From: Podarcis melisellensis
Taxonomy: Eukaryota
NCBI GenBank assembly: GCA_964234715.1
Contig: OZ174275.1
Strand: one strand, 5' to 3'
DNA: 64,000 nucleotides
Position numbers and translations under genes: made by a program. Below are positions 26,655 through 40,242 of this stretch, in pieces. Below the pieces are notes generated by a model. That model was not told the DNA's origin, made no database searches, and saw only the letters and a program-made list of their open reading frames with translations. Position 1 is the first letter of the stretch. The number at the start of each line of letters is the position of its first letter.

Positions 26655-27768
26655 AATGTAGGCACCATGCTAAGTCTCTATAACAAGAGTACTCCATAGA
26701 GGGCATGCCAGTACCAAAAAAGGTCCTTAATCACACATAGGTTGCAGTGAGAATTGGTCTCCTTCAGGTTTGGGGATCTTAAGCTGTGTAGGGCTTTAAA
26801 AGTAAATACCAGCATATTTAATGTGGTGAATAGATTGCCACACACAAATATAGACATCTGGCCATACTACCCAGAACTCTGGCAGCTATATTCTGCATCT
26901 ATACCAATTGAAGCTTCCAGGTTGTCTTCAAGGGCACATGTAATGCAAGTCAGTAATCAAGGCAAGATGTTTCCAAAGCAGGAATCATCTTGACCAGACT
27001 GTTTAAGGTATATGAGCCTGGTTCTCCTTTGCAATCTGAGCAGCATAACAGGAAGAAGAGGGTTGAGCCATATATTGCAATTTAAAATGCCTTGAATAGT
27101 TTCTACTTGCAGTCCGGCATGTTTCAATCACATATTGGTCTTTACCAGGAAACTACATTTCTAAAAATATTCCCCAGGGGTGCAGGTGTGGAGAAATTAA
27201 TTGGAAACGAATGCATTCTTAAAATTCTTCACTGATATTCTGTATTACATATAATTTGTAATATTGGGTCACATTTCTAATATAATATCTAGAACAATAT
27301 TTTAGAAACTCAAAGAGAATTTAATATTTCAAAATACATCTTTGCAAGTGACATAAACAATTGAAAGTTACATAAACAGTTATCCCTATGGCCCACCATT
27401 CCCAATCTGCTCAGGAGGCTTGAAACTCCCAGAACAGCCAGATGGAACAATAATTTAGCATTCTACTGACTTCCACCCTATTTCTTTAAAATTCTAACTT
27501 TAAAATGTTACTTCTCAAAATATATATTATGCAGAACACTTTTTTTCTTTGCATTCTCTTGTGTCTGTCTTAAAAACACACTAACATCAAAACACTGTAG
27601 TATAAAGAGAGCTCTAGCTACAAGCTCTTGTGGTAGCATATTTCTCAAACCTCTCTGGACAGTTAATAGTTCTATAGGTGCACACTATCAGTTGTGTAGA
27701 TTGAAGCCAACACAGAGATTCAAGTTTTCATTTAGTATTTCCTTTATTTAGTCTTTTTTTGACACATG

Positions 27769-27994
27769 CAGTGGTACCTCAGGTTACATACGCTTCAGGT
27801 TACAGACTCTGCTAACCCAGAAATAGTGCTTCAGGTTAAGAACTTTGCTTCAGGATGAGAACAGAAATCGTGCTACTGCAGTGCAGCGGCAGCAGGAGGC
27901 CCCATTAGCTAAAGTGGTGCTTCAGGTTAAGAACAGTTTCAGGTTAAGAACGGACCTCCGGAACGAATTAAGTACTTAACCTGAGGTACCACTG
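27769..27994 (+). mobile_element. Tc1/mariner (Tigger/pogo-like) MITE
   Basis: TIR cagtggtacctcaggtta, TA at right flank, internal repeated ttcaggttaag. Confidence 0.88.
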
Positions 27995-29717
27995 TATAAC
28001 ATACGTTTTTGAGCTGTGTTATAAATAATATTTGTGATTAAACAACAATATATGGCTTTTTAACATCTCAGATTACTTGTAATACTTTTGAGTAAAGAAA
28101 TATAATGACAAATATTAATATTTAGCTTTAGCAGTTTGTGGGATTTTCATGGAATCATTATTTGTCTAAATCGTGGCAAAACTGGTTTGTGGATCTCAAC
28201 CCAAAACTCTTTGGGCAGGAACGAGAAAGATCCATCAAAACTGCTTTGCAATTTAAAAAAAACTGCTTTGCAATTTAAATGACAATGGAGAGAAGTCTGG
28301 TTTAAGTGCAGCACTTATTTTTGTGTGAATGCAGGACAATAATAGTCACAATAATTATGTACAACTAAATACACCTTAAACACTCTTGCAGTTGCCAGGA
28401 CAATTTTCTTTTTTCATTTGTGTTTGATATAAAAGCCCTTAACTCAGGGGTAACCAATGGAGTGTCCTTCTGATGTTGCTGAACTGCAGCTCCCTGACCA
28501 TTGGCTGGGGCTAATGGCACTCAACCACATTCTGAGAGTACCATCTGCTTGACTACCCATGATCTGCTCTACTGATCAGTCAGTTTTCTTTCTTTCTTTT
28601 TTTAAAGTAATATTTTTCTCTTGGTGCCTGTTTGACATGCTAAAAATTAAACCCATCTACCACCTTGTTCTAGCTAAGGTTTGATACTACTCTTTTGATC
28701 AGGAATTGCATTATTGCATCCTTCCCTTCCACAATCACTACAGGGCAGGCAGGGTGATCCACTTTTATCTGCTTGCAGATTATCCTACAAAAGAATGGAA
28801 AAGTTTGCTGTGGCAGCAGGGTGATCTCCCACATCCACCACTCAGAAGGGTGCCTACAGTGCCTGTTATGTTGTGTACATACCGTCAAACGAGTAATTTG
28901 ATCTATCAGCAGTGATAAGACCAATAAGCATTTGGGACAGGATGCCTGGACCGAGTCTGGCCACACACACCTCAAATCAATAGGCAATCAGTATTGTAAG
29001 GAGGGTCCGGGAGGGGGCTTTGAGTGCAGCCGTAGGTGGGATACCTTATACTGTGCTCTAATTTTTCTTTGGATTTGGGCCAAGGAGCACACAAAAACAG
29101 AAACAAAGAAAATGCCATTTGGATTTTTAAGGTGGGTGCTTAAATTTAAAATTATGTACTTGCACACATCAGATTGCATTTATGTTTAAGCTGACTGAAG
29201 TATATGGATCATGTACATTTTTAAAGGATTGACATTTGATAGGCTGAATGGTCAAACACCTGAAAGTCTTTTTAAAAAACACAACAAATCCAAGGAGACT
29301 GAACTCTTGGCTCCACCTGACGTTTTATTTCAAACTGAGTTCATTGGGAGGATATAGATTTCAGCACTAGAACAGAATGTTAAGAGTCTGGTGAATGCTC
29401 TCCATGTATAGTATTGTTGTGGATGTTTTAAGGGCCTTGCAAAATGGGGGGTAGGAGTGGGCTGGTATAGCAGAGGTAGCTCCTCATACTGCTGCTTCCA
29501 TTAAAACCTTTGATTTTTTCCCCTTGAATGATTTCAAGATTACTACACCTTTTTTCTTCTTTTCCTGCTTGCCACTTAGTGCCTCTTTGTTTGGAAAGCA
29601 TGTTAGTTGCACAGTGCACATTGCTACCTTGCGCTCACCTGCTTCTGCTGATCTTGTGCCTCTTAATCTCTCTCCCCATTGTAACTTTGTTCTCTTTCCT
29701 CCATGCTGCCAAAAAAG

Positions 29718-29777
29718 GAGACAAACAGTTCAGAGGAGTCAGAATGTGATGACCTTGATCCCAACACTAGCATGGAG
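29718..29777 (+). CDS. KALRN: KALRN exon (ETNSSEESECDDLDPNTSME), 60 nt
   Basis: Matches kalirin linker; acceptor aaaaag, donor gtagac. Confidence 0.93.
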
Positions 29778-30291
29778 GTAGACAATAACCCTTTTGCACC
29801 TTCCCCTTCCCCCCACCTTGCACCTTTTTCTATCCCACCCCCCTGAGAAATTTTGCATGTGTAGTGGAATGCACTTGGGGCTGACTGATAGGCAGAATGC
29901 CATCGCAGATAGCAGATCTAGGGCGGTGCTAAAGGGCAACAAACTATCACTGATCTAATTTGTTAAAAACCTTTTAACTGCCCTTTATATTCTGCACGTG
30001 AGGTGTCAGGTTGGCTTGGGCTAATCCTTACTATACTGTAAATGTGTATCTTGCATGCACCAGTGTGTTTTGGACTGCCTACAATGCTGGTTTTCCATTC
30101 CCTGGAGAAAAGTGTACAAAAAACCCACACCTACCATTGGCAATCACTTGAATATGCCCTTAATCATTACTGATGAGAAATGGTCCTGTTTTGACCGATA
30201 TTAGCAACTGTCCATGGTCAGCTGCTTTCCATTGGTACTACTGAAGTGCATTTACCAGTAAGATCTGGGCAGTTTCAGATTCCATTTAGTA

Positions 30292-30426
30292 CAAGGTGGG
30301 GAACCTGTGGTCCTCCCACTGTTAGACCCCCAACTCCCATCAGCTCCAGCTAGCATGGCTAATGGTCAGGGATGATGGAAGCTGTAGTCTGACAAGAGTT
30401 GAAGAACCATTGGTGCCCCATCCCTG
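30292..30426. mobile_element. Degenerate short hAT MITE (related decayed copies near 28444-28561, 32416-32555, 49340-49445)
   Basis: Shares the caactcccatc...ggtcagggatgatgg..tgtagt core with 7321-7456. Confidence 0.6.
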
Positions 30427-31890
30427 GTTGCAGTGAAACTTGCCTTGCAGACTTCAGCTGTAAGGCAAACTTGATACAACAATAAAAAATTGTCCAGTAG
30501 CACCTTAGAGACCAACTGATACAACAAGGCAGTGAATTCCTACATCCCAACTTCCTTCTTTTATTTGCTTTTGGCTAAACAGTGCTATGTTGATACCACT
30601 GTACTTGCTGTGCCTTTGTAATTATAGTTTATTTTAAATGACTTTTAATAGAATATCCATTGTTGGCCTCACTGCTTTGTTTACATGAACGCAAATCCTA
30701 GGCACAAAGGAAGAGGAAGCCCAGAAGAAAATGAGATACAGCAATATTTTTGTATGGAAGGAGTCAGGGAAAAGGTCTCATATTCTAAAAGGCCAGCAAC
30801 ACTGGGCCTTACACAGGCTCATTTCATGTGCTCCCCCATATATTATGTTATTGTCATGAAAAAGGAGCATATCCCTCTCTCCTTGTGACAGTTATGAAAC
30901 ATTTGTCCCTCTGCGAAGGCGGCCTTCTGCCATCTGCCTTGCCCTAGCAACAGTACTCGGCCAACTTGCAAAATGTTACAATGCTGTTTTGAACTCACAA
31001 ACAAGTTGACTACTTATACATCGACAGAAGAAGACACAGATGTATGTGCTAATTTATGTATGTGCTAATTTCTATGTATCTATGCAAATATAGGGCAGTA
31101 TAGAAATTTTATAATAAAAATAGAGACAATTACTGTGATTTAAATAGAAATATGATGCATCTCAACATAGTGTGAAAGACTTTGGCCAAGTGATATATAT
31201 GCCTTCTCAATTTCTGGTCCAGATACTCAATGTTGATTGACAACTTCATGGGCCCTGATGTCCTCACTTGGGGCTCTTTATCTTTAAACTGGACTTCAAA
31301 TAGAGGACTGTCCTCTGTAAAGTAGGACACATTGCCACCCAGCTCCCAAAGTAGACTTGCAGTATCCCAGTGCTTCAGTTTGTTCTGTAATACTCCATTC
31401 ATCTGGTTGACCATGTCGTGTCCAGTAACCCTGCCTAATACTTGACAGTATCCAGCCATCTTCCAAGCAGCTGGCTTGGACCACTCACAGTTCCACAGTC
31501 TCCCTGCTTTGACTGATTAGTAAAAGTCTTCATCCATCCATCTTCATTTGTTCTTCCTCAATTCCTTCTCTTGAAAGGTGTATATATAGCAAAGGCAGGG
31601 GAGTGCACACACTTGCCGCTGTCTGTCTGCTAGTCATTAGACTCCAAAGCAGAATATTGAGGCTCTTCAGTCTTTGGGTAGGTTAAGAACAAAATGGCTA
31701 CTATACACCTCTTCCCTTCTCTGAGCTTGTCCTTAATAGGTGCCCTCTGCTTTTCTTAACACAACCAAATAGCTAGATTTCATGGTAAAAAAATAAAAAT
31801 GCAGCTGCTCTTGGCTCTGAATGGTGCTGTCAAGAGCAGAGAGCGGGTAAGGGGGGACATTTGACAGGAAACTGGATTAGAGGTCTCTAT

Positions 31891-33436
31891 AGGTTGCTTT
31901 TTCTCCAAGTAAGAGTGGTAATGTTTTTCAGAAGTGTAACATAAAGTATAGTTTGACCATCACATTGGGCCTACACATGCAGTAGGATAATGTGGCAGTG
32001 TGTGTATCAGGCCCTTACAGGTGTGGAGGGGAGGATACCATTTCCAAATACATCCCCAGGTTACAACACAAACCATCCCTGGGAATAAAATGTTAACGCA
32101 TCTAAGAGAGAAAATCCAGCCTAGCTCTTTTTTTAACTGCCTCTGTTTCTATTTTGCGAAATCTCTGGACAAATGGAATATGTGTATTAAATGCGCCTTT
32201 ATAGCACTTCTAACAGTTATGGCTCCCCCCAAAAAAAAAATTACTGGGAACTGTAGTTTACCCACCACATGGCTACACTCCCCAGCACCCTTAACAAACT
32301 ACAGACCCCAAGATTCTTTGGGACAAGTTGTGTGTTTTAAATGTACAACCAGACTGTACTATGCAACAATCAGAAAGCCTTGAATACAAGGTCCCTTCAA
32401 CCTGCATTGTTTATGCCTGGGTGGAGAATCTATGCCCTTCGGGAAGTTGTTGCACTCTGACTCCCAACAGCCCCAGCCAGCATGGCCAGTCATCAGGGAT
32501 GATGGGAATTTGGAAGTCCAGCAGCATTTAGATAGCCACATGTTTCCCATTCTTGATTTATGTCCTCTGGTTTTTCACAAAGGACAATAATGTTACAACA
32601 AAGGTAGCTTATAATTATTTCAGTTTGTTTCACAAGCCCATTTGGAAGTGCAATTCAGATTGGAAAGATGTATGCCAGTTAGGATAGCCACCCTCCCCCA
32701 ACCCAAAGAAATGCCCCAAACTTTTAATGGCTAGATGACAGGTAATACAGTAACTGCTATATTCTCCATGAGCAGAACTCAGGCTGGCAAAAGGCAAAAA
32801 AAGAAGAGATGGATTCTGAAAAGGCTTATTAATGTGCAACTGAGCCATGTCCAAATGAACTAGGCAATTTGCCATGACTACTTGCCCTGAAGGTGCATTG
32901 TTAAAACTTTAAATAATGTGGATCCCTTTTTTGCCAGTCCTGCTTTCTGCATATTTAGGGTGCTGCTGCACTTTACAATTGTTGCAAGAAATGTGAATGT
33001 TAGGGGAAAGTAGTAAACATTTAAAATTCATAATTTTAAAACTGAAACTTTGAGTTTTACAATTTGTCAAATTTCACCCTTGAAATTATGACTTTGAGAG
33101 GTTTCAGTAAACTATGATTCTTGCTGGTGAATTTTAAGACTCAAAATGCCAGCTCTATTTCCTGCAGCAATTATAATGTGTAGTACTGCCTATTAATAAA
33201 AAAAAACCTCCCATCTCAGCCTTATGTGAAATAGTGATATTCTTTGTTTTAAATATCCATTTGTGTTTGAGTGGTTGCAAAGCAGTTCATCGTTAATCCA
33301 CGAATCTTGGCGCAAAGCTGCTCTCTGCTGCTGAAGCAAAGTATTGCTTACAGAGGCTGCTTTTTCTCCAAGAAAGAGTGGTAATGTTTTTCATAAGTGT
33401 AACATAAAGTGTAGTTTGACCATCACATTGGGCCTA
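31891..33436 (+). repeat. Dispersed 83-bp direct repeat (31891-31973 and 33354-33436)
   Basis: 4 mismatches in 83 bp by manual alignment. Confidence 0.88.
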
Positions 33437-34649
33437 AATGTATATAGTAGGAATGTTCTATAGGAGGAACTGAATGAATTTCAGAATATTTGCTAAAAAT
33501 AGCTAAATTTGCTTCAGTGTGTGAACACACAAATTCTAATTTTATTATGTCCCAACATTACTATTTGCAGATATTATTAGATTAAAACGATTTTTTTAAA
33601 AGCTAAAACATTTGATTTGACAGGTTAATAATCCAGTCTCAGATTTCACTTCTCAAGACTAACAACAGTTTTCTAAAGTCATCCCTCAAAACTGAGGTTC
33701 AAATTTCACTTGAAACCCTTTGTAACTGAAAGCTTCAAATTTTAATGTTGTGCACGTTTAGAGCTTCGTCTGTGGTTTTAGTGTGCCAGTGCTTGTCAGT
33801 GATGATTTCCCCCCCCCCCCCAATTTCCAGCCACACGCTGCTTCCGACTACAGTATTCCATGTGTGTCCAGGAAATTCCGGATGTATGGCATCCCTAGTT
33901 GTGTCTACATCAGAATGATGTGCTGCAGAAGGCCTCACTGTGCAGTTTGTTACCAGAAGGCAGAGGCAGTGACCCACCAACAGACGGGCCTGAGGGCAAT
34001 GTGGTATGGGTCAAAGAGTCTAGAAGTGGGCAATGCCTACTTCTGGCTTGTTCTACTCACTGCCAGCCTTTGACAAATTACCTTTGAGAGACGAAAGAAC
34101 CACACTGGCTCTTCAGATCACCAGATACTGGAGGCATAGAACAGCAGGTGGCCCTTCTTAATACCCTGATTCTTATCTAGATGTTCAAAAATTGGCTGCT
34201 TTTGAGAGCGGTATACTGAACTGTATGGTTCTTTGACCCCAGCACAGCAATCTTCAGGCATCTCAGGACTGTCCAGAACTAGCTATGACATGAACTTTGT
34301 GGTTTCCTCCAAGTCATGTTGATTGCTGAAGAATGGGCCTAGGAAACTGGTTGTTGCACATTATGACAAGGACATAGGACCTTGGGGATTAGGGCACTGA
34401 CTCACATTTGGTCCCAAAAAACCTTTCCATGCTGTGCGCTGCAGCACCTTGCACTTCTAGACTCTGGAAGCCACGAGTGCTGGAATAGCACACCCAGGAT
34501 CCTGAATCAGAACCTTCCAGACGTGCTTCTAGTTCCTCAGCAAGCTTTATGTCAAATCTCTAATACTTTGCTGAGAATAAGCCCTCTTCTCATTGTCCCG
34601 TTAAAAAAAATACTTTTCTATTTCTTTTATGTATCTGTTCTTTTTCCAG

Positions 34650-34677
34650 ATCATCAACCCAAACTTCATCCAGGAAG
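34650..34677 (+). CDS. KALRN: KALRN 28-nt mini-exon (IINPNFIQE)
   Basis: Strong polypyrimidine tract, ccag/gtgagt; required for frame continuity (phase 0-1). Confidence 0.93.
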
Positions 34678-35505
34678 GTGAGTAAGGACAGAAATGTGGC
34701 AGGTTGTTCCCATGATCTAGCAAACCAAACATTGGGTTTAATCATCTTTGCCCAAACAAGTCCTGTGAAATCTTATCTGAGTAATTAGTCAAGAAAGAAT
34801 GATGCCAAGCAAGTACCACTCACAGTCCCAAGGAATCTATTGCATGGTGAACCAGCCAGTTTGAACCCACATTCAAATTTTGTCTGGTAAATATGTGTGT
34901 GAGAGGGAGAGACATTCAGTATTCAATCATACTTCAGTGTTATGTTACTTGGATTAATATTTGGTTTCATATTGCATCTGTTCACACAAAAATGAACATA
35001 TTTATTTTATTTGAATGCGGTTTACTTGCTTTCCTTTGGTTTATTCAAATTTAAATAGATTTTGGTGTATTTTTGATACGATAAACATGATTTTAGTTAT
35101 TCATCCATCTTTGTGTTCTGGAGACTCCGTTTTGGTTTTGAAAGGCATGATATTGGTAACCCTTGTTCTAGAACTTCCTGCAGAATTCTTTACAATCCTC
35201 TGGAATTTCATGGGAGACCACGGGATATAGGGTTTCCTCATGGAGACTTTCCAGGTGTGAATTTGTGTGTGAGAGTGCTGAGATCTTCAGGTTCCCGAGT
35301 TTCACCTGATAACAGATGCTGCTTTTATTGCTTGATGCTTGGTTTTACAGGAGGTGTTGGGCAAGGTCTTTTTAACAGCCCTTTATAAATAACCCTCAGT
35401 ACAACAGAGGCATCACTGAGGCACATTTTGTATTTTCAACGTCCTGTGGTTAGTTTTATGTTTTCAGTGAACATTATGTCTCTATACGTGTGGCCTTTGC
35501 TGCAG

Positions 35506-35677
35506 TTGCTCCAGAGTTTCTCGTGCCCTTAGTGGACATCACCTGCTTGCTTGGTGACACGGTAATGCTGCAGTGCAAAGTCTGTGGGCGACCAAAGCCA
35601 ACCATAACCTGGAAAGGACCAGATCAGAACATCCTTGACAACGACAACAGCACAGCTGCATATGCAGTTTCCTCCTG
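35506..35677 (+). CDS. KALRN: KALRN exon, Ig I-set domain part 1 (APEFLVPL...CKVCGRPKPTITWK)
   Basis: Ig motifs; gcag/gtacgt. Confidence 0.97.
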
Positions 35678-36161
35678 GTACGTTCATATTTTGCAGAGGG
35701 TGTTGGGATGGCACAAATGTAGCAGTTGCACTCCTAGAAAATGTGGTGCGTTAAAGGTGTTTGAATCCAGCTAATGACCCTATATGGCCAGCTATGTTAG
35801 GAGAGCCAGTTTAGGACCCTGAAATTTGAAAAAAATAAATAAATGTAGGCATATGGTTGGCGAATGTGGGAACAGACTGCTGAACTAAATGGGTGTTTGA
35901 TCTGATGAAGCAAGACTCTTCTTATCAAAGGGGGAATTGGACAAATGAATGGAGGATAAGGCTGTCAAGGTACTAGCCACTAGCTCTGCCTCCATGGTTG
36001 CTGGGGGCCGCAGAAGGGGAGAGTGTTATTGTGCTTAGGCTCCTGATTGCCAGTTTCCCACAGCCATCTAGTTGGCTGCTATGAGAATAGGATGCTGAGC
36101 TAGGTGGGCCACTGGCCTGATCCTGTCCAGATCAAAGCATGGCTTCAGAAGAGGAAGGAGG

Positions 36162-36162
<1 letters not shown>

Positions 36163-36212
<50 letters not shown>

Positions 36213-36258
36213 TTATTTATACCCCGCCCATCTAGCTGGGTTTCCCCAGCACCACTCT
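36163..36258 (-). mobile_element. LINE-type 3' end with (TAA)n tail (a second fragment lies near 678-730, + strand)
   Basis: (TTA)n 36163-36212 followed by tataccccgcccatctagctgggtttccccagc; family not assigned. Confidence 0.65.
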
Positions 36259-37133
36259 CATCACTTTCAAGGGAGCTGGAGCCATACCTTCTCTAAGGGA
36301 GGTTTTAATCAACTCCCTGATCACAAGAGAGAAAGAGAAAGAACACATGTAGTAAGCCACACCTCTGAAAGAACCTTGTCCACATCCTCAGGAAACAATG
36401 AGGGAAATTCATCAGAGCAACTGAATGCTTCTGATAAGAAATCAAGGACACTTTAGATATAGGCGCTGTAGTCAAAGGCATGCAGATGATGTGAGCACTT
36501 TTATCTATGAAATACATCACAGGGTACAACCACAGAATTGTTCCGTACTGTTTCCATGTGACATTTTCATGCATCTTAAAGTATGTGGCTGCAAGCATTT
36601 TTTTGAAGTGAAGCAAGGGAAATAGTTCTTGGGTAGCCCTCTCGGCAGGTCAAAAGGAAATATTGATGTTCTCTGTGGGACACCCCTATTGCCTTTATAA
36701 TGGGTTTTTGTGGCACTTCAGCAACCTTTTACTGTTTATGCTGACTCCAGGAGAGGCGGGCAATGCACATTTAAGTGATAGTATTAGAAGAAGCAGAGGA
36801 CCACAATAACAGCCCACACTGATTTTATTATTATTTTAAATAAAATACCACTTTCTACCTGGTGCTGAACTGTGCCATTCTTATGGGCCTCTAAATCGTT
36901 AATCATTAATACAGAGAACTGGATCCATTACTACTTTCTTCCTCCTCTCCTTGTAAGTCACCTGCATCCACAAAACTGCATAATACGAAGGGCTCTACTT
37001 GTCTGCTATCCCCTGAGACTTGTTTTCTGTGTCAGTTGAAATGGATTGGCAGCCGCTTGCCACTGGAAACTGAGCCAGTGTAAAATGCTTAGCAGAGTAA
37101 CAGATTAAAACACTGACATCTGCACCTCTCCAG

Positions 37134-37255
37134 CGATTCAGGTGAAATCACTCTGAAGATCTGTAATGTGATGCCTCAAGACAGCGGTATTTATACTTGT
37201 GTGGCAACAAATGAGCTTGGAACAGTGTCCACTTCGGCTACAATAAAAGTACAAG
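37134..37255 (+). CDS. KALRN: KALRN exon, Ig part 2 (DSGIYTCVATN)
   Basis: DxGxYxC motif; ccag/gtaatg. Confidence 0.97.
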
Positions 37256-37825
37256 GTAATGGATTTCTTGCTGGTTTTTTGTATGTTTGCTCAGCCAGAG
37301 CTTCCATTGGTTTAAATCATGGTGCAATCAGCTTTTGAAATGTTTGGCTTAATTGTACATGGGCCTGTATACCACTTCAAAATGCAGGTGAGGAATCCAC
37401 ACATGTCAAAACCATCCCTGCCTGTGGAAAGCTGACATGCTAGGCTTTTGCAGACCAGGTTGGTTGTGTATGTGTGTGGTATTCAAATGGGTGATTCCTC
37501 ATTTGCATTTGAAATACTACATGTACTTTGTGTACTACTTTCTACATGGGAAATATTAAGTACATGGGAAATAACCAGTTCTCCCCTCCACATGCCCCCA
37601 TCACTACAATCCAATTTGCCATTTATCCAGCAAAGCATACAAGTACAGGATCAGATTCTAGATCTCTGGCAGTCTCTGATAGTTGTGTCCTAATACATGC
37701 CCATCAGTTCTGCTGTACCCATGATTGCTCTAAGAAACTTTCTCTCTGTGTGTTTTAATAAACCCTCTTTCGCGCGATTTGCAATGCAACTCTCTCCTGA
37801 TTTTGCTCCCCTGTCTACACCCCAG

Positions 37826-37957
37826 GTGTCCCTGCAGCCCCAAATCGCCCTATTGCTCAGGAAAGAAGCTGCACCTCCGTGATTCTTCGCTGGCTGCCTC
37901 CATCCAGTACAGGGAACTGCACCATTTCAGGTTACACAGTGGAGTACAGAGAAGAAG
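37826..37957 (+). CDS. KALRN: KALRN exon, FN3 part 1 (VPAAPNRP...LRWLPP...YTVEYREE)
   Basis: FN3 motifs; ccag/gtatat. Confidence 0.97.
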
Positions 37958-39601
37958 GTATATGCTTAAACTCATAGTACACCTTTGGTTTGCAACTGAT
38001 TGTAATAGGATGATCCAGGTTGTTGTGCGGAACTGCTAGGCTGAGCTAATAGGCTTCAGTGCCTTTTAATTTGGGGTGTTGCCTATGCTGCCTCTTTCTG
38101 CTAGGGTTGTCTGGTGCAACTGGGAGGGTGTGAGCAAGTTAGCAGCAGTGGCTTCGCCATTACCTTTCCCTCCCATCTGCAAGTGGGACAAGTCGTGTCC
38201 CATGGCAGGCAGGAGAATATAGGTGAGCAGAACTGGCTTGAGATTTTGGGTGCCCTTGGGTAAGAAGCCCTAGTGACCTCTTTCCTCCTCCCTGCTACTA
38301 CCCACTTGCACACTCTCTCTTTCTCTGCCAGCAAGTGAGCAGGCAGTGGCAATTGCTGCTCCTTCCCTTCACTCCCATGGCTTCATTGCACTGCCTGCTG
38401 TGGGCCAGTGGGAGAGAGCAGGCCAGTGGGTGGCAATGGCAAGAGAAGCAACAGCAGGGCCAGGTTCTTCTGCTGGTCAGCAGTGGGCCTCCAGCTTAAC
38501 CATGGGTCTCAGAGGATGCAAGTGCAAGTGGAGCAAGGGAGCACCAGTATTACATGGGGTTGCCAGCCTATTTAAGTGAAAGGCAAAACCTATGGACTTG
38601 ATCTGGCAAGCCTGTTTTCAGTCATCCTGACTCACACAGTCCAGATGTGAAGGGTTCTTCAACTGGTGGTGATCACCACACTGGTCCATATACCTGACAA
38701 AGACCAGTGAAAAATGCATGACCAGCACGCTGCAATAAGCTGGGGGAAGGAACCTCAGGCCCATGGACCAACTGCGGTCCTCCAGGCCTTTCTGTCTAGC
38801 CCTCAAGCAAGACTCCTAGGCAGCACACCTCACTGACCCTGCTTCCTGCCTCTCTCTAGTGTTTTTTGCCTGGCTAGAATGCATTGTTGAACTCTGGTAA
38901 TGCCTCTTGCTTGCTGAGATGGAGGACAGAAAGGAAGGTTTGCATGTGTGTAGAAACTAGCTTGTTGTACATTTTACATTTAATGGTTCTTCCCACTTTT
39001 GCCTCTGGCGCTGCCCACCACTGGCATGTGGCTGCCAGAAGATTGCCCAGAAGAGAATGGCTAGTAATTTGAAGCTCTTTACAGCTGGGTCTGAAGTGGT
39101 AGAACAGACCATTCCGCTTCAGTCCACAGAGGATGAAGAGTATTACTCAATACTTTCCTGTGCAATTTTTATTTATTTATGTATTTATTCAACTTCCTGC
39201 CAATATAAAATAAAGTTCTAATGATTTCCCCATTGCACTAGTTTTCCACTTGGAATGATTTTTTAATTATGGTGTTCAGAAATAATGTCTCTTACCTCTA
39301 GTCTAATATGGTATAGACCATTCTACAACATCACACTACTGCATGTTTAAATCAGGCAATACAAGAAGACAAAGTGGTTGCTACTTTTCTTTTCTTTTCT
39401 TTTCTTTTTAGCACAGGTAACTTCTAAAAGAATCTGTATTTCTTTTCTTTTTTTATCATTTAGGGCCAGATTAAAGCTTAGTCTCAGTGTGGTGGGGTGG
39501 AGGGGAAGAGTCAGTAAGGCACAGCATCCTCCCTTCTCTAAAATCTATAGTCATGTTCTTTTAAAAAATGTTATCTTAATCTCTCTCTGCATAACCCGTA
39601 G

Positions 39602-39766
39602 GCTCACAGGTCTGGCAGCAGTCTGTTGCCTCCACCTTGGACACCTACCTCGTTATTGAAGATCTCACACCTGGATGCCAATATCAGTTCCGAGTCAGCG
39701 CCAGCAACCCCTGGGGAATCAGTTTGCCCAGCGAAGCCTCTGAGTTTGTGAAACTTCCAGAATACG
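39602..39766 (+). CDS. KALRN: KALRN exon, FN3 part 2 (YQFRVSASNPWGISLPS)
   Basis: FN3 motif; gtag/gtgaga. Confidence 0.97.
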
Positions 39767-40163
39767 GTGAGAAGTGGTCAAAAAGAAAAGGATACTAATT
39801 TTCAGAGGGAATAATATTAGAGCTGGTCGGTCAGAGTTCTGCTTTAAAAGCTAAAGTTTGTGTGATTTATCAAGCTTCTTGTTGGCATTTTGTAGTCAAC
39901 TATAGGTATCTGAGGGCGATGTATATATGATTGTGTCTTTTCCGATCAGCACACATGTATTTAGATCAGCTCTTTTCTTTTGTTTTGAAGGCATAATATT
40001 TAGGAACCGGGTGCACATTCGGTGGCATGCCGTCTGCTTGCTTGTCAAGGCTCTTGCATGATTTTCTTTCTTTAAACTTTTCCCTTTGTATTACTGATGT
40101 GTAATAAAGACTATAATTGGCATTGCAACCAACTCTATTTCCCCATCCCTTTGGGTTTCACAG

Positions 40164-40242
40164 ACTCTGCAGCAGATGGAGCCACCGTGACCTGGAAAGA
40201 GAACTTTGATTTCGCCTACACAGAACTGAATGAGATTGGAAG
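40164..40242 (+). CDS. KALRN: KALRN exon, start of kinase (WKENFDFAYTELNEIGR)
   Basis: acag/gtgaat; joins to GRGRF Gly-loop. Confidence 0.95.

Noticed and set aside
27769-27994. Repeated ttcaggtta units as a CRISPR-like array
   Set aside because: Eukaryotic context; these are subterminal repeats of a Tc1/mariner MITE with irregular spacing
28237-28279. Short tandem duplications (also near 7704-7750, 31041-31071, 37543-37573)
   Set aside because: Ordinary 16-22-bp slippage duplications with no functional context
31130-31459. 109-aa minus-strand ORF
   Set aside because: Overlaps a MITE-like terminal motif (tgtcctactttacagaggacagtcc); no domain similarity recognised
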